DNA of 64,000 nucleotides from Candidatus Bathyarchaeota archaeon (GCA_963733095.1 CAVTBV010000007.1:1-64000); one strand, 5' to 3'; shown: positions 48,585-58,969, counted from the first letter of the stretch. Notes: a model not told the origin generated them from the sequence alone. Program-made: numbers and translations.

Positions 48585-49118
48585 TCAAGAACTTAAAGTC
48601 TCGATTAATTTCCTATACCGTTTGTTAGTGAAATTCCGATCGAATTCTATAAAATCGTCAAGCATTTTCTCCTGCTCTTTGGTAGAGAAATATTTCATAG
48701 AAGGATAAAAGAACAACTCATCTTCTTTCCGAATGTGTTTTGGATAGAGATCAATCAACGTTTTCAACAGGCTGATGATGCCACCAAGTGTCTCCGTTTT
48801 TCCTGCAACATAGTCTTCCTTTAGACTATCTAGGCTTTTCACCGTTTTTCTTGCTAAAGCATGCTCCATTACTAATTCAAGCATAATCTTTTGATCAATA
48901 TCTGATAGTTTCTTGCTTGAGAGCCCCTTAAAGAGGATGCCCTCTTCTTTACCATGATGATATCTATCTGCATAAGTTCTAAAAAAATCAACTGCAACAA
49001 CAATAAAGTTCGAGTCAATTTTTTCACTGACAACTATTCTTTTCATTTCTTTTTCTAAAAGTTTAACCATCTGCTCAATCAAACGATGCTCACTAATTAG
49101 AATCTCTACAGCCAACAT
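48585..49118 (-). CDS. Hemerythrin (HHE) domain protein
   Basis: EHRLI, HHGKEEGILF, EHALAR, HIRKEDELF. Confidence 0.9.
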   Translation of the reverse strand: MLAVEILISEHRLIEQMVKLLEKEMKRIVVSEKIDSNFIVVAVDFFRTYADRYHHGKEEGILFKGLSSKKLSDIDQKIMLELVMEHALARKTVKSLDSLKEDYVAGKTETLGGIISLLKTLIDLYPKHIRKEDELFFYPSMKYFSTKEQEKMLDDFIEFDRNFTNKRYRKLIETLSS

Positions 49119-49213
49119 GACAAGAACACTCTTGTTAAGATAAGCACGTCGTAATGTTTTAAGGTTTTACAGCCCTGTTTGTCGGCTGGCCTCGAGACTA
49201 ACTATTACGGACA

Positions 49214-49393
49214 CTACTCCCATTTGCCGTTTGTTTGCTTAAACTGCATGTGAACCACACGGCAATCTTCACACCAAATCCTGTTCATCTTCGAAACCGG
49301 ACTTTCATGGGTGTCTTTGGTGTAGTGGCGGGTTTCTTTCTTGCAGACAGGACTCATTAGCCATCCTGCAAAGTGCGCGTCAGCTTGTGTCAA
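49214..49393 (-). CDS. 59-aa Zn-ribbon-like microprotein not in the ORF track, possibly degenerate
   Basis: MTQADAHFAGWLMSPVCKKETRHYTKDTHESPVSKMNRIWCEDCRVVHMQFKQTNGKWE; SPVC...CEDC. Confidence 0.5.
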   Translation of the reverse strand: MTQADAHFAGWLMSPVCKKETRHYTKDTHESPVSKMNRIWCEDCRVVHMQFKQTNGKWE

Positions 49394-49840
49394 TAAAATG
49401 CACGCTATGTCTTAATCAGTACGTGGGTTCAAATCAGTCCACTGCCTAATTGCCAGAATAACACAGGCTAAAACCTCAATCAAGAAGTTGTTTTGGTTCT
49501 CACCAAAATTAATTGGATTCGAACTAAAAATGGTTCAGGTCTCTACCGGACTTACCTTCAAACGTGTAGGAGCCAAGCCTTTGGGAGCCAATTTTATTTG
49601 TAATATTCAGCCTAATTTATCAACTCTCGGAACCCACGCGAAGATTTCTCAATTCTTAACCACTTTCAGCTTTTTGTTGAAAACAGTTTTTCCTGTTACT
49701 GCGTGTGTATTTTACCTCTTACAAATCATTTGGAAAAAGTCAAGTTTCTTCCACTGGTGACATCCAGCTTTCAAATCAGCCGTCCAATTTATATGCCTCA
49801 AGCCTAAAACAAAGCCAGTCATTCGAGGAGTAATTGATAG

Positions 49841-50622
49841 ATGAAGATTTTAATATGTGGCAAAGGCGGCAGCGGAAAAAGCACCGTTGCTTCTCTGTTA
49901 GCCAAGAACCTGCAAGTCGAAGGTTACCGCGTCTTAGTTGTTGATGCTGACGAATCAAACTATGGCCTCAGTGCTCAACTGGGTCTGGAAGCCCCCAAAG
50001 AGATCATGGAGCAACTTGGCGGTAAGAAGGCGGTGCAGGGCAAAATGGGTAGAGTTCTCGGTGATGGCCACAAAGCGCCGGTATTCACTGAGTTATGGCG
50101 CATAGAAGATATACCTTCTGAAAGCCTTGCAAGAAAAGACAGCCTGTATTTGGTGCAGATTGGAAAAGTCAAGCATTACGGGGAGGGATGTGCCTGTCCC
50201 ATGGGTGTGCTTTCCAAAGATTTTCTCAACCACCTAACCCTGGGGGCAAAGGATGTTGCTATCATTGACACTGAAGCAGGATAGAACATTTAGGCCGAGG
50301 CATAGCCGGCAGCGTAGACCTTATTCTCTGCGTTATTGATCCCTCTTATGAGTCGATTAGGCTGTCAGAAAAAATATCTGCCATGGCAAAAGAAAGCAAA
50401 AAACCCATACACTTCATAATCAACAAAGCAGAGGGAACCCTTGCAGAGAAAATGACTGTTAAAGTTGGCAAAGAAAAGGTTATCGGCATCGTAGCTTTCA
50501 GCCCATCCGTACAGGAAAAGGGACTACTCGGCCAAGCACTTGATGCCACCTCACTCAATATCGCAGCCGTCACTAGCTTTGTCCTCCACACTTTAAACGA
50601 AAAACAAACTCCTACTTCTTGA
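49841..50622 (+). pseudogene. cooC: CooC/AcsF-like Ni-insertion ATPase, frameshifted
   Basis: GKGGSGKST, DADES, GCACP, DTEAG/IEHLGRG split by a 1-nt deletion near 50280. Confidence 0.85.
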
Positions 50623-51117
50623 GGCTGAATTGATGAAAAGCCGCGAAGACCTTGCCGAGCCCTGTACTTGTTAATATTGTTAGGTAACTTCAGATTTTGT
50701 TTTTACAGTTCACTAAACTATTTCTTGCTAAAAGCAACCATTTTAGGGGTCTTTGGAGTGAAATAGGGCAAATTTTGGGCTTAATCTTGAAATATATCTT
50801 AATATCTAATTCAAATAATAGAATAATTGAGGCTGCAAAAGGCTCTGTCAACCAGCAAAATAAGGGTTTAGCATTTTTTCCTCTTCTCCTTCAAGTAGTT
50901 AAGAGCCTAAGCAACCCCCTTCTCAAATAAACCTTTAACACTCATAACGTGGGCTGGTCATTCTCTGTTTCATTCATAAAATTGTTTTAATTAGAAATAC
51001 CCAAACAATAGGGTAAAACATAAATTAGTGAGACGACAACTTCCCAAAAAGCCCATAAGAATCCCCATTTCAACTATGTAGACTTTACACAAAATAAAGC
51101 AAAACAATGATTTGGTA

Positions 51118-51162
51118 AAATGGTATTGGAAGGGGATCATAGCCCCAATTTACCAGTAAAAA
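51118..51162 (+). repeat. Direct repeat, copy 2 (pairs with 36348..36392)
   Basis: 39/45 identity, offset 14770 bp. Confidence 0.85.
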
Positions 51163-51262
51163 TGGGTGACGGGCTGCATTTTCCACGAGGTAAAGCTCTC
51201 TTGGCATTATTGGGTCCATTTTCAAAACTCTTAAGTCTGCGTAGCGTAGAAATAGGTTTAGT

Positions 51263-51829
51263 ATGACAAAGAGATCTGTAGCCTCCATTGTCATTGCCAA
51301 TTTCGTAATGGGTTTGTTTCTTTATCTTGCCAGCCAAGCAATACTCCTTCACCTTGCTTCAACTCAGCCCCATCTAACAATTACAGGAGTGAACATCGAC
51401 AAAATCGACATAGGCGCTGTAGCTTCTTCATCGCCTACGCCACTTATCATTACGCCATATCCTAATTTTCCATTCTACGTCCTGTGCCTTCCTCTGATAG
51501 CAAATGCCTATTTCATCATAAAAGTCCGCAGAAGCTCAACTATGGCAAAAAGATTCCCTGTTTTCATTAGCGCTGCAAATATCCTGATGAGTTTGTTTAT
51601 GTTTCTCTCCAGTCAAAGGGTTCTTCTGTCCCTTGTTGCTGTTCAGCAAAGTTACCAAGGAGTATTTGGAGTTAGTTTTTGGTCATTTTCTACAGCGGCT
51701 GTTTCCGTTGGCGGTTCACCTGTCCCACTGGTCGTTATTGTAAGACCAAACTTACCATCTTACGCCTTTCTACTTTTATTGATAGTAAATGCCTATTTCA
51801 TAATAAGACTTCAAAGAGCAAAAGATTAG
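51263..51829 (+). CDS. Membrane protein made of two tandem homologous halves
   Basis: MTKR..AN..M.LF...SQ...PN.P.Y......NAYFII occurs twice. Confidence 0.7.
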   Translation: MTKRSVASIVIANFVMGLFLYLASQAILLHLASTQPHLTITGVNIDKIDIGAVASSSPTPLIITPYPNFPFYVLCLPLIANAYFIIKVRRSSTMAKRFPVFISAANILMSLFMFLSSQRVLLSLVAVQQSYQGVFGVSFWSFSTAAVSVGGSPVPLVVIVRPNLPSYAFLLLLIVNAYFIIRLQRAKD

Positions 51830-52036
51830 AAACTAAACGATTATGTTTGTCTTCTTCTATTCTGTTAGTGAGCGCTTAAACGTATGATTAGTAAGCTGAG
51901 AATTTCTTGAACTGATTTTCAAAAAAAGTTTGGGGATTTGCAATACTGTTTAAGATTTTCGTAATTGTGGTGCAATTGTGGAGAAGCTTTAAATCGAAGC
52001 TTTTTAGAGAATAAACTGTCTTCGAAGGTGAAAAAC

Positions 52037-52309
52037 TTGAGGAGGAATGATGCAATTTTACTCTTAGCAAGAATCCTTAATTCTTGTAGACCAACTGATG
52101 TGACTTTTATTTCTTTGAAAAAGTCAAATCCAAAAACGGATTATGCGTCAGAAGGCTATGAACTGCATTTTAAATGCGCTATAGATAACAATGCATTCGA
52201 GATCATGAATGGTATTATTGAATCAAATGATTTTGTTTTTAAGGATTATGATGGTCTTTTTATTATCTATACGCCCAAAAGAAGCGTGGATAACATTATA
52301 ATTGCTTAG
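52037..52309 (+). CDS. Small hypothetical protein, distant paralog of 33257..33475
   Basis: AGGTGA RBS then TTG; RNDAILLL...YELHFKC...IIYTP. Confidence 0.6.
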   Translation: MRRNDAILLLARILNSCRPTDVTFISLKKSNPKTDYASEGYELHFKCAIDNNAFEIMNGIIESNDFVFKDYDGLFIIYTPKRSVDNIIIA

Positions 52310-52505
52310 AGTATCTTTCAGGAGTTGTCTGAGATTATGTACTTAAGGTCTGAACATGTAGAATTAGATATCAACCTCTGTGAACCAGTGGTTTTAGTTA
52401 ATGTGAAAAACAAAATAGATAGTTTTCTAGAAATTTCTGTTTGTGTTAATAATTTTAGGCGAGATTGCAATATTAATTTGATTTTGAGGAAGGAGGACAT
52501 GATAT

Positions 52506-54368
52506 ATGGATGTACCTGAACAAGCTGTACTTGGCAACAATAGAATGCTAGCTACAATTGGAAAGCATGGTGAGCTTCGATGTTTGTTCTGGCCCACTAT
52601 AGATTACCCTCAGCATGTTCGAGGCTCTTTGCCCGGAATATTCTACTCATTCAAAGGAGAATATCATTTTGATTGGCTCACTGATCCAGCATGGATGAAA
52701 AAACAAGAATACTTGCCCGATACAAATATTGTTCACACCTTTTTCAAGCACCAAAATCCAGACTTGAACATAACACTAACAGATGCGGTCTTGCCGGATT
52801 CTGACACGCTGATAAGACAATTTGTATTTCAGAACCTCAGCGATGAAGAAGGTTTTCTTAGATTATTCTACTATAATGATTTAGCAATATCGGAATCGCC
52901 AATTGACGATGCCGCCACCTACTTAAAAGACAACGATGCCATCCTTCACTACAAACGCGATTTACACTTTGCATACACGGGAACATTGCCTTCCTCGGGT
53001 CACCAATGCGGGGTGCATAGCGAAGACTCAGATTCGTTTAGAGATGTTTATGACTATAAACTGTCAGGGGGCTCTCTTACATTGTACAGTGGCTTAAGAG
53101 ACGTTAACTCGTGCTTAAGCTGGGATATCCCCAATTTGCGTGTCAATGAATTAAAAAAGTTGGCAATCATAATCGCTATGGCCGCAACGGAGAAAGAAGC
53201 GCTGGAAACCCTTGGAAAATACAAAAACGAATCACCAGAAAAACAAATCAGTGGAACAGAGGAATTTTGGAAAAAATGGATTACTAATTTTAAAATTGAT
53301 AATTTAGATGCACAATTAGCGAGAATGACAAGACGGTCTTTGCTAACACTTAAACTATTAACGTCTGAAAGTCACGGCGGCATAATCGCCGCACCATGCA
53401 TGGATCCCGAGTACCGTTTCTGTTGGCCCAGAGACGCCACCTACGTCGCCTATACCTTTGATAGATGCGGCTATCATGAAGAGGCAAAAAGTTTCTATCG
53501 ATGGTGCACAAAAGCTCAAGAACCCGAAGGTGGACTATACCAACGCTATTACATAGGGGACCGCCTAAAGGGTCCTTGTTGGAGCTCTCAGACAGATGAA
53601 ATCGCAACTGTCATATGGGGCATGGGAAAACACTTTGAACTGACCAGTGACCGTCGGTTTGTTCGCTCAGTGTGGAACAGTGTAAGTAAAGGTGCAGACT
53701 TCTTGGCGACGCAGGTTTCTCAAGCTGATGGTCTGGTTGAAACGGTTGGTCTTTGGGAAGAGCAGTTCGGTAATCACACATACTCTAACGCAGCAGTTTA
53801 TGCAGGGCTGAAATCAGCCGCCACTCTTGCCAAAGTAATAGGAAAAGACGATTTAGGCAGTAAATGGGATCAAAACGCAATTAAACTCAGGGGATCCCTG
53901 CTCAACTTGTCGTGGGATGCACACTTAAATCGATTCATCAAAACAGCTAGCCCAAGAAACGAAAACCTTGACGCCAGCCTGTTAAGTTTATCCTACCCGT
54001 TTGATGTTTTGCCTGCAAATGACGAGAGAATGAAAAAGACTGCCTTAGCAATAGAGTCTGCTTTCACGTTTAAGTCCGGTGGCGTGGGCAGGTACCCCTT
54101 TGATCAGTATTACGGTGGCAACCCATGGATTCTAACAACACTATGGTTAGCATTATATTACGAAAAAGCAGGTGAATTGGGCAAAGCAGAGCCGCTTATT
54201 CGCTGGGCATTTGACCACTCCACCGAATTGGGATTACTCTCGGAGCAAGTTGACAAAGTAAGCGGAGCGCCTGTTTCTGCAATACCATTAGCATGGTCCC
54301 ACGCTTTCTTCATCCTATCCATTCTTGACCTAGAAAAAGCAAAAAACAATTTCAAGCAAAAGAAATGA
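52506..54368 (+). CDS. Glycoside hydrolase family 15 (glucoamylase/trehalase-like)
   Basis: YRFCWPRDA, GLWEE, LDASLL, LLSEQV, PLAWSHA. Confidence 0.93.
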   Translation: MDVPEQAVLGNNRMLATIGKHGELRCLFWPTIDYPQHVRGSLPGIFYSFKGEYHFDWLTDPAWMKKQEYLPDTNIVHTFFKHQNPDLNITLTDAVLPDSDTLIRQFVFQNLSDEEGFLRLFYYNDLAISESPIDDAATYLKDNDAILHYKRDLHFAYTGTLPSSGHQCGVHSEDSDSFRDVYDYKLSGGSLTLYSGLRDVNSCLSWDIPNLRVNELKKLAIIIAMAATEKEALETLGKYKNESPEKQISGTEEFWKKWITNFKIDNLDAQLARMTRRSLLTLKLLTSESHGGIIAAPCMDPEYRFCWPRDATYVAYTFDRCGYHEEAKSFYRWCTKAQEPEGGLYQRYYIGDRLKGPCWSSQTDEIATVIWGMGKHFELTSDRRFVRSVWNSVSKGADFLATQVSQADGLVETVGLWEEQFGNHTYSNAAVYAGLKSAATLAKVIGKDDLGSKWDQNAIKLRGSLLNLSWDAHLNRFIKTASPRNENLDASLLSLSYPFDVLPANDERMKKTALAIESAFTFKSGGVGRYPFDQYYGGNPWILTTLWLALYYEKAGELGKAEPLIRWAFDHSTELGLLSEQVDKVSGAPVSAIPLAWSHAFFILSILDLEKAKNNFKQKK

Positions 54369-55765
54369 TGGAGCACACGCAGATGAAGAACAAGGCTAGA
54401 GCCGATGGACAACGTTTTATTTACATCGCTGTAGCAGTCGCGGCTCTCGGTGGTCTGCTCTTCGGCTTTGATACAGGCGTTATCTCTGGAGCTATACTAT
54501 TCATTAAACAGCAATTTTCTCTCTCGACCACGATGGAGGAAATCGTTGTCAGCTCCGTTTTAATTGGCGCCGTTATTGGCGCGGCTATTGGAGGTGCTCT
54601 GACTGGCCGCTTCGGACGTCGCAGACTGATAATACTGGCGGGAATTATCTTTACTGTCAGCGCCGCTTCTACGGCTCTGGCACAAACGGTTACCGTTTTG
54701 ATTGCCGGTAGGATAGTTGTCGGAATCGCTATCGGTATTGCTTCGTTTATCTCTCCGCTGTACATTGCCGAAATAGTACCAGCAAAAGTCCGAGGTTCAC
54801 TGGTGGCAGTCAACATGCTTGCTATTACCACAGGCATCGTAGTTGCTTACGGTGTGGACTATGCATTGTCAGGCATCCAGGGATGGCGAATTATGTTTGG
54901 AGTAGCTATAATACCATCAATCATCTTGGCCTTTGCAATGTGGCGCCTACCCGATAGCCCCCGATGGTTAATCAGCAGGTCAAAGGTGGAACAGGCAAAG
55001 CAGGTTTTACAGCGCGTCCGTACTGAATCAGACGTAAATCCAGAGATCCAAGACATCCAGCAAAGCCTGGCAAAGCAGAAAGGCAGTGGAGTGATTGAGC
55101 TATTCAAACCTTCTCTCAGGATGCCTTTGATTGTCGGCGTTGGGCTGGCCATATTTCAGCAGATAACGGGCATTAACACGGTTATCTATTATGCTCCGAC
55201 TATTTTCGGGTTTGCAGGTTTTGAGACCGCGGGGTCTGCTATACTGGCTGGAGCGGGTTTGGGGCTATTGATGTTGTGTATGCACGTTCTGGCTATCTAT
55301 TTGATGGACCGTGTTGGACGGAGGCCTTTGTTATTAATCGGTGTTGCCGGTCAGATTATTGGCATGGCGATTTTAGGTGCTGCTTTCCAGTTCCAGCAGT
55401 TGTCGGGTTTTATCGGTTATATTGCCATTGGCGGCCTGGCGATATATGTTGCTTGTTTCGCTTTTGGACTTGGGCCGGTCTTTTGGCTTATGATTTCGGA
55501 GATTTATCCCTTAAAGGTCCGCGGTGCTGCCATGAGTGTGGCGACAGTTGCCAACTGGGGGTTTAACTTGGTTGTGGCCGTGACTTTCCTGACCCTGATA
55601 GGGGTTCTGGGGCACTCTGTGACTTTCTGGTTATACGGCGCAATAGCTACGGCCGCATGGATCTTTTTCTATCGGTTGGTACCGGAGACCAAAGGGAAAA
55701 GTCTTGAACAGATTGAAGAGCACTGGCGAGCAGGCAAGCATCCACGTGAAATGGGGAAAAAATGA
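54365..55765 (+). CDS. Sugar porter family MFS transporter
   Basis: GFDTGVISGA, RFGRR, PDSPRWL, QQITGIN, PETKG. Confidence 0.96.
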   Translation: MMEHTQMKNKARADGQRFIYIAVAVAALGGLLFGFDTGVISGAILFIKQQFSLSTTMEEIVVSSVLIGAVIGAAIGGALTGRFGRRRLIILAGIIFTVSAASTALAQTVTVLIAGRIVVGIAIGIASFISPLYIAEIVPAKVRGSLVAVNMLAITTGIVVAYGVDYALSGIQGWRIMFGVAIIPSIILAFAMWRLPDSPRWLISRSKVEQAKQVLQRVRTESDVNPEIQDIQQSLAKQKGSGVIELFKPSLRMPLIVGVGLAIFQQITGINTVIYYAPTIFGFAGFETAGSAILAGAGLGLLMLCMHVLAIYLMDRVGRRPLLLIGVAGQIIGMAILGAAFQFQQLSGFIGYIAIGGLAIYVACFAFGLGPVFWLMISEIYPLKVRGAAMSVATVANWGFNLVVAVTFLTLIGVLGHSVTFWLYGAIATAAWIFFYRLVPETKGKSLEQIEEHWRAGKHPREMGKK

Positions 55766-55849
55766 TGCGCCCACTCGCAGTATAGGCGAAGATGTAGCGC
55801 CCGATGAAAATGCATAAATTCCTATTCTCATTTGATATTTTAGGAGTGG

Positions 55850-56251
55850 TTGTTTTTGAAGAAAATTGGAGAATTAGTTCAAGAAGCCGATTGGAAGATG
55901 GAGAAGCATGTGCCTGTTATTGAGTGCGCGGACTCGGTGAAGGCTGATGAGCTTTTTGAGGTAAAGGTTACAGTTGGTAGAGAGGTTGCTCATCCGAACA
56001 CGACTGAGCATCATATAAGTTGGATAACGCTGTTTTTCCTTCCTGAGGGTGAAAAGTTCCCCTATCAAGTTGCACGCTATGAGTTCGGAGCGCATGGCGC
56101 ATCGGTTCAGGGTCCAAACACGAGTACGGTCTATACACATCATGCGGCGACTGGTTGGGTGAAGACGGGTAAAGCGGGAACTTTCATTGCGGTTTCGATG
56201 TGCAACATCCACGGGCTATGGCAGTCTTCTAAAGAAGTTAAGTTCGAATAG
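55850..56251 (+). CDS. Class II superoxide reductase-like (neelaredoxin/SORL) protein
   Basis: EKHVP, HPNTTEHHI, CNIHG. Confidence 0.9.
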   Translation: MFLKKIGELVQEADWKMEKHVPVIECADSVKADELFEVKVTVGREVAHPNTTEHHISWITLFFLPEGEKFPYQVARYEFGAHGASVQGPNTSTVYTHHAATGWVKTGKAGTFIAVSMCNIHGLWQSSKEVKFE

Positions 56252-56437
56252 ACTCGGTCTTGACGAAGTATTTAATCTACTTTCTTTTTTTGTTTGATTA
56301 GGTTAAGATATACTTGGCTATCTGGCTTAAGCTCTTAAATATTACAAAATGTTTTCTACAATTCTTTTCTACACTCTATTAATGTTGTCTTCTTAAGAAC
56401 CGATAGTGTGGAGAGTTTTTTGGTTTCGGGAAAAAGA

Positions 56438-56529
56438 GGGATAATAGAAAATGCCTCAGGCCAATTTACTGGGAAAAGTAGGTCTTCAAAATCGTTTCGG
56501 AATCTTGCGAAGGTGTCATCAAACGCTTG
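56438..56529 (-). pseudogene. Short gene remnant resembling an Hsp20 N-terminal region
   Basis: QAFDDTFARFRNDFEDLLFPVNWPEAFSII; recognition from memory only. Confidence 0.3.
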
Positions 56530-56823
56530 CTATTCATCCAATGCTGAAACATCTTTCAATGCTATTACTTCAACGACGTTGATATCAACATTGTACACTT
56601 GAATCTTAACAGCAATTCTAAAAGATTGTTCTTAAAATTTACCCTGAGAGATTGATCAGTCTTTCCCATAACAGCTAAATCTCCAAACAATCTGAAACCC
56701 TAGATATTATTTTTATTCTCGGCAAAAGCATCAGCAAAAACAGCACATAAATTGTGTATAGCTTAAACAAAAACAAATAGCGTGCTAAAAAATAGATTAG
56801 GTGGACACTTGCTTCGAGAGTAA

Positions 56824-57828
56824 TTAACAATATGTTGAATAATCAAGTTCTTCTTCACTGTTTTCTTTCCTTTTTTTTAAAAGAACTAACGCTGCAATAG
56901 AAAAAAAGAAAATAAAGATGACCACTGTGGCGAGGATTGCTAACTGGAATTCAGCTGGTGAAGCGGTTGTTGCAAAAACGATCGATAATTCATAGTTAAT
57001 GAAAATTGTTTTGTACCACACGTAATAGTTGTTAGCATCTTGCGAAAAACCCTGATCCGAAGCGGCCTGCGAGTTAACATAAATTTTCGGCGTTACCCCA
57101 AAAGTAACGGCTGCTTTAGGAACCGCAATAGCGTTAACATTGCCGGTTGAGTTTTGCCCAATGATATTCAACGATAAAGTCGTTTGTGCAGCGACTTGAT
57201 CTGTTTTGATGACGGCGTTCGTTACTGTTAAAGCTGTTATTCCATTGACTCCAAGATAGACGATTGTACCATTGCTGAGGGTCGCTTGTAGGGTTTTTGA
57301 GTTGAAGATTGGGTTGGGTGCAGGTGTTGGGCTTGGCGTTGGTGAGGGTGTTGAAGTTGGCTTTGGGGTGTTGATTTGTGTTGGGGTTGGGGTCTCGCTA
57401 GGAGTTGGCGTAGGAGAGTCTGTTGGTGTTGGAGAGGGGGTAGGACTTGGAGTAGGATTTGGCGTTTGAGTTGGCGTTGGGGTAGGAGCAGGAGTTGAAG
57501 TTGGCGTTAAGGTAGGAGTTGGAGTAGAAATTGGTGAAGGAGACGGTTTTAGGGTCGGCGTTGAAGTGGGATTAGGCGTCGGGGGAGAAGTTGCAGTGGG
57601 CGATGGAGTATGAGTTGGCGTTGGCCTTGGAGTTGGCGTGGGAGTTCGTGTTGGAGTATGCGTTGGGGAAGGTGAAGGAGTCGATTTTTTTGCTAGTGGT
57701 TCAATGTCAGAAGCTGAGACTTTCGTTGGCTGGATTAAATTTGAAGAGATCAACAACAGTGAAATCACTGCAAATACCGCTGCGCTTAAGAAAGTTTTTT
57801 TAAATTTACCTATTTGTGATCCCTTCAT
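56824..57828 (-). CDS. Surface protein with Pro/Thr-rich linker and C-terminal TM anchor
   Basis: Signal peptide, TP repeats, beta-rich domain ([10 protein letters not shown]), TM followed by KKRK. Confidence 0.8.
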   Translation of the reverse strand: MKGSQIGKFKKTFLSAAVFAVISLLLISSNLIQPTKVSASDIEPLAKKSTPSPSPTHTPTRTPTPTPRPTPTHTPSPTATSPPTPNPTSTPTLKPSPSPISTPTPTLTPTSTPAPTPTPTQTPNPTPSPTPSPTPTDSPTPTPSETPTPTQINTPKPTSTPSPTPSPTPAPNPIFNSKTLQATLSNGTIVYLGVNGITALTVTNAVIKTDQVAAQTTLSLNIIGQNSTGNVNAIAVPKAAVTFGVTPKIYVNSQAASDQGFSQDANNYYVWYKTIFINYELSIVFATTASPAEFQLAILATVVIFIFFFSIAALVLLKKRKENSEEELDYSTYC

Positions 57829-58059
57829 CTGCTTTTAATGGAAAATAATCGTCTAAGCGCTGACTACTAATTATTTCGACATCTGCTTTTTTTATTTTTA
57901 TCTTTAGTTGCCAATATATACCGTATACCGAGATTTTAGTGATTGAAATTTCTAAAATGATCAAATAAAAGAAGAAGAACAAAGACTCATTTTTTTACTA
58001 TTGTTCGATGGGTCTTATCGAAACAGGGTGTTTGTTCACACCAAGTGCGTTAAGCCGCA

Positions 58060-58257
58060 CTACTTCTTTTGTCTTACAGCGACCTTAGCTTTCATTTCAA
58101 AGATAGTGTCTTCGCCGGTTTTTCCAACACCAAAATTCCATTCTAACACATCAACTTCCATATCTTTGAAGTGAGAAACCCAAGTCTCCTGGAATTCACT
58201 CCATTTCGCACCCATCTTCTGTATCTGTTCTTTGACATCTATTTTTTGCTCTGACAT
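58060..58257 (-). CDS. Small hypothetical protein
   Basis: GGAGGTG RBS upstream; 65 aa. Confidence 0.65.
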   Translation of the reverse strand: MSEQKIDVKEQIQKMGAKWSEFQETWVSHFKDMEVDVLEWNFGVGKTGEDTIFEMKAKVAVRQKK

Positions 58258-58548
58258 AATTTGTTACACCTCCCAAAATACACTAAAATTTTGCAGATCT
58301 AAGCTATTGTTACTGGTTTTAGGTACATGTGCAGGTTGTCTTGTGCAACTATTAATACAATCTATTGTCCATCCACATGTCTGTTCCTTTCTTATAGCTA
58401 GTCCTTGGTTGGTTTAAGTGTATGTGACTGTGAGGCTGTGGCTACAAATGGATAGTTGAAGTAAAAAGTTAGGCAACTGTTACCGTTTATTGACAGTCAC
58501 ACATCTTAAAATAGACTGGCGAGTTAAGGGTAAGTGAAGTTTTTGAAA

Positions 58549-58707
58549 ATGGGAGCACTTGATTTTCTTTTTGTTGTTGCTGTGATATTTATTATCCTAT
58601 GGCTTCTGGGTTTTGTTTTCTTCAACCTTGGCACCATAACATGGGTCCTGCTCGTCATCGCTGTCATCATAATACTTTTCCGACTACTTTCAGGACGCAG
58701 AGTATAA
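58549..58707 (+). CDS. 52-aa two-TM protein (lmo0937/DUF5670-like), not in the ORF track
   Basis: MGALDFLFVVAVIFIILWLLGFVFFNLGTITWVLLVIAVIIILFRLLSGRRV. Confidence 0.75.
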   Translation: MGALDFLFVVAVIFIILWLLGFVFFNLGTITWVLLVIAVIIILFRLLSGRRV

Positions 58708-58969
58708 CATCAACCAAAAACGTATATGCAGCGCCAGACGCTGCTTCCCAACTTTTTTGTAAACAAAGAATCGCGTTTGTTTTTGGTAGGTAAGGTCATT
58801 CATTACGTTTGATAATTATCTATCAGTGCGCGTGCTCTCTCGGAAAAGCAGAAAAAGCGCAGAGGTTCTTTAGGGGATAATAATCGCAGAGAAGACGGAA
58901 GAACCGTGAAGGCCACATGCATAAAACAGAAATATTTCCAGCACCATATTATTGGGTGAGGCTGTTAGG

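Noticed and set aside
49488-49770. Possible gene between the Zn-ribbon ORF and cooC
   Set aside because: The minus-strand frames I translated are interrupted by stops and the plus-strand ORF has no recognisable features. It may be an unidentifiable remnant.
8703-56532. Stop-codon reassignment or Sec/Pyl readthrough suggested by in-frame stops
   Set aside because: The stops are of mixed types (TAA 8703 and 32665; TGA ~45008 and 46364), mostly co-occur with frameshifts and fall at non-Cys positions. The TAGs at 38267 and 50282 result from 1-nt indels. Core genes end normally at all three codons.
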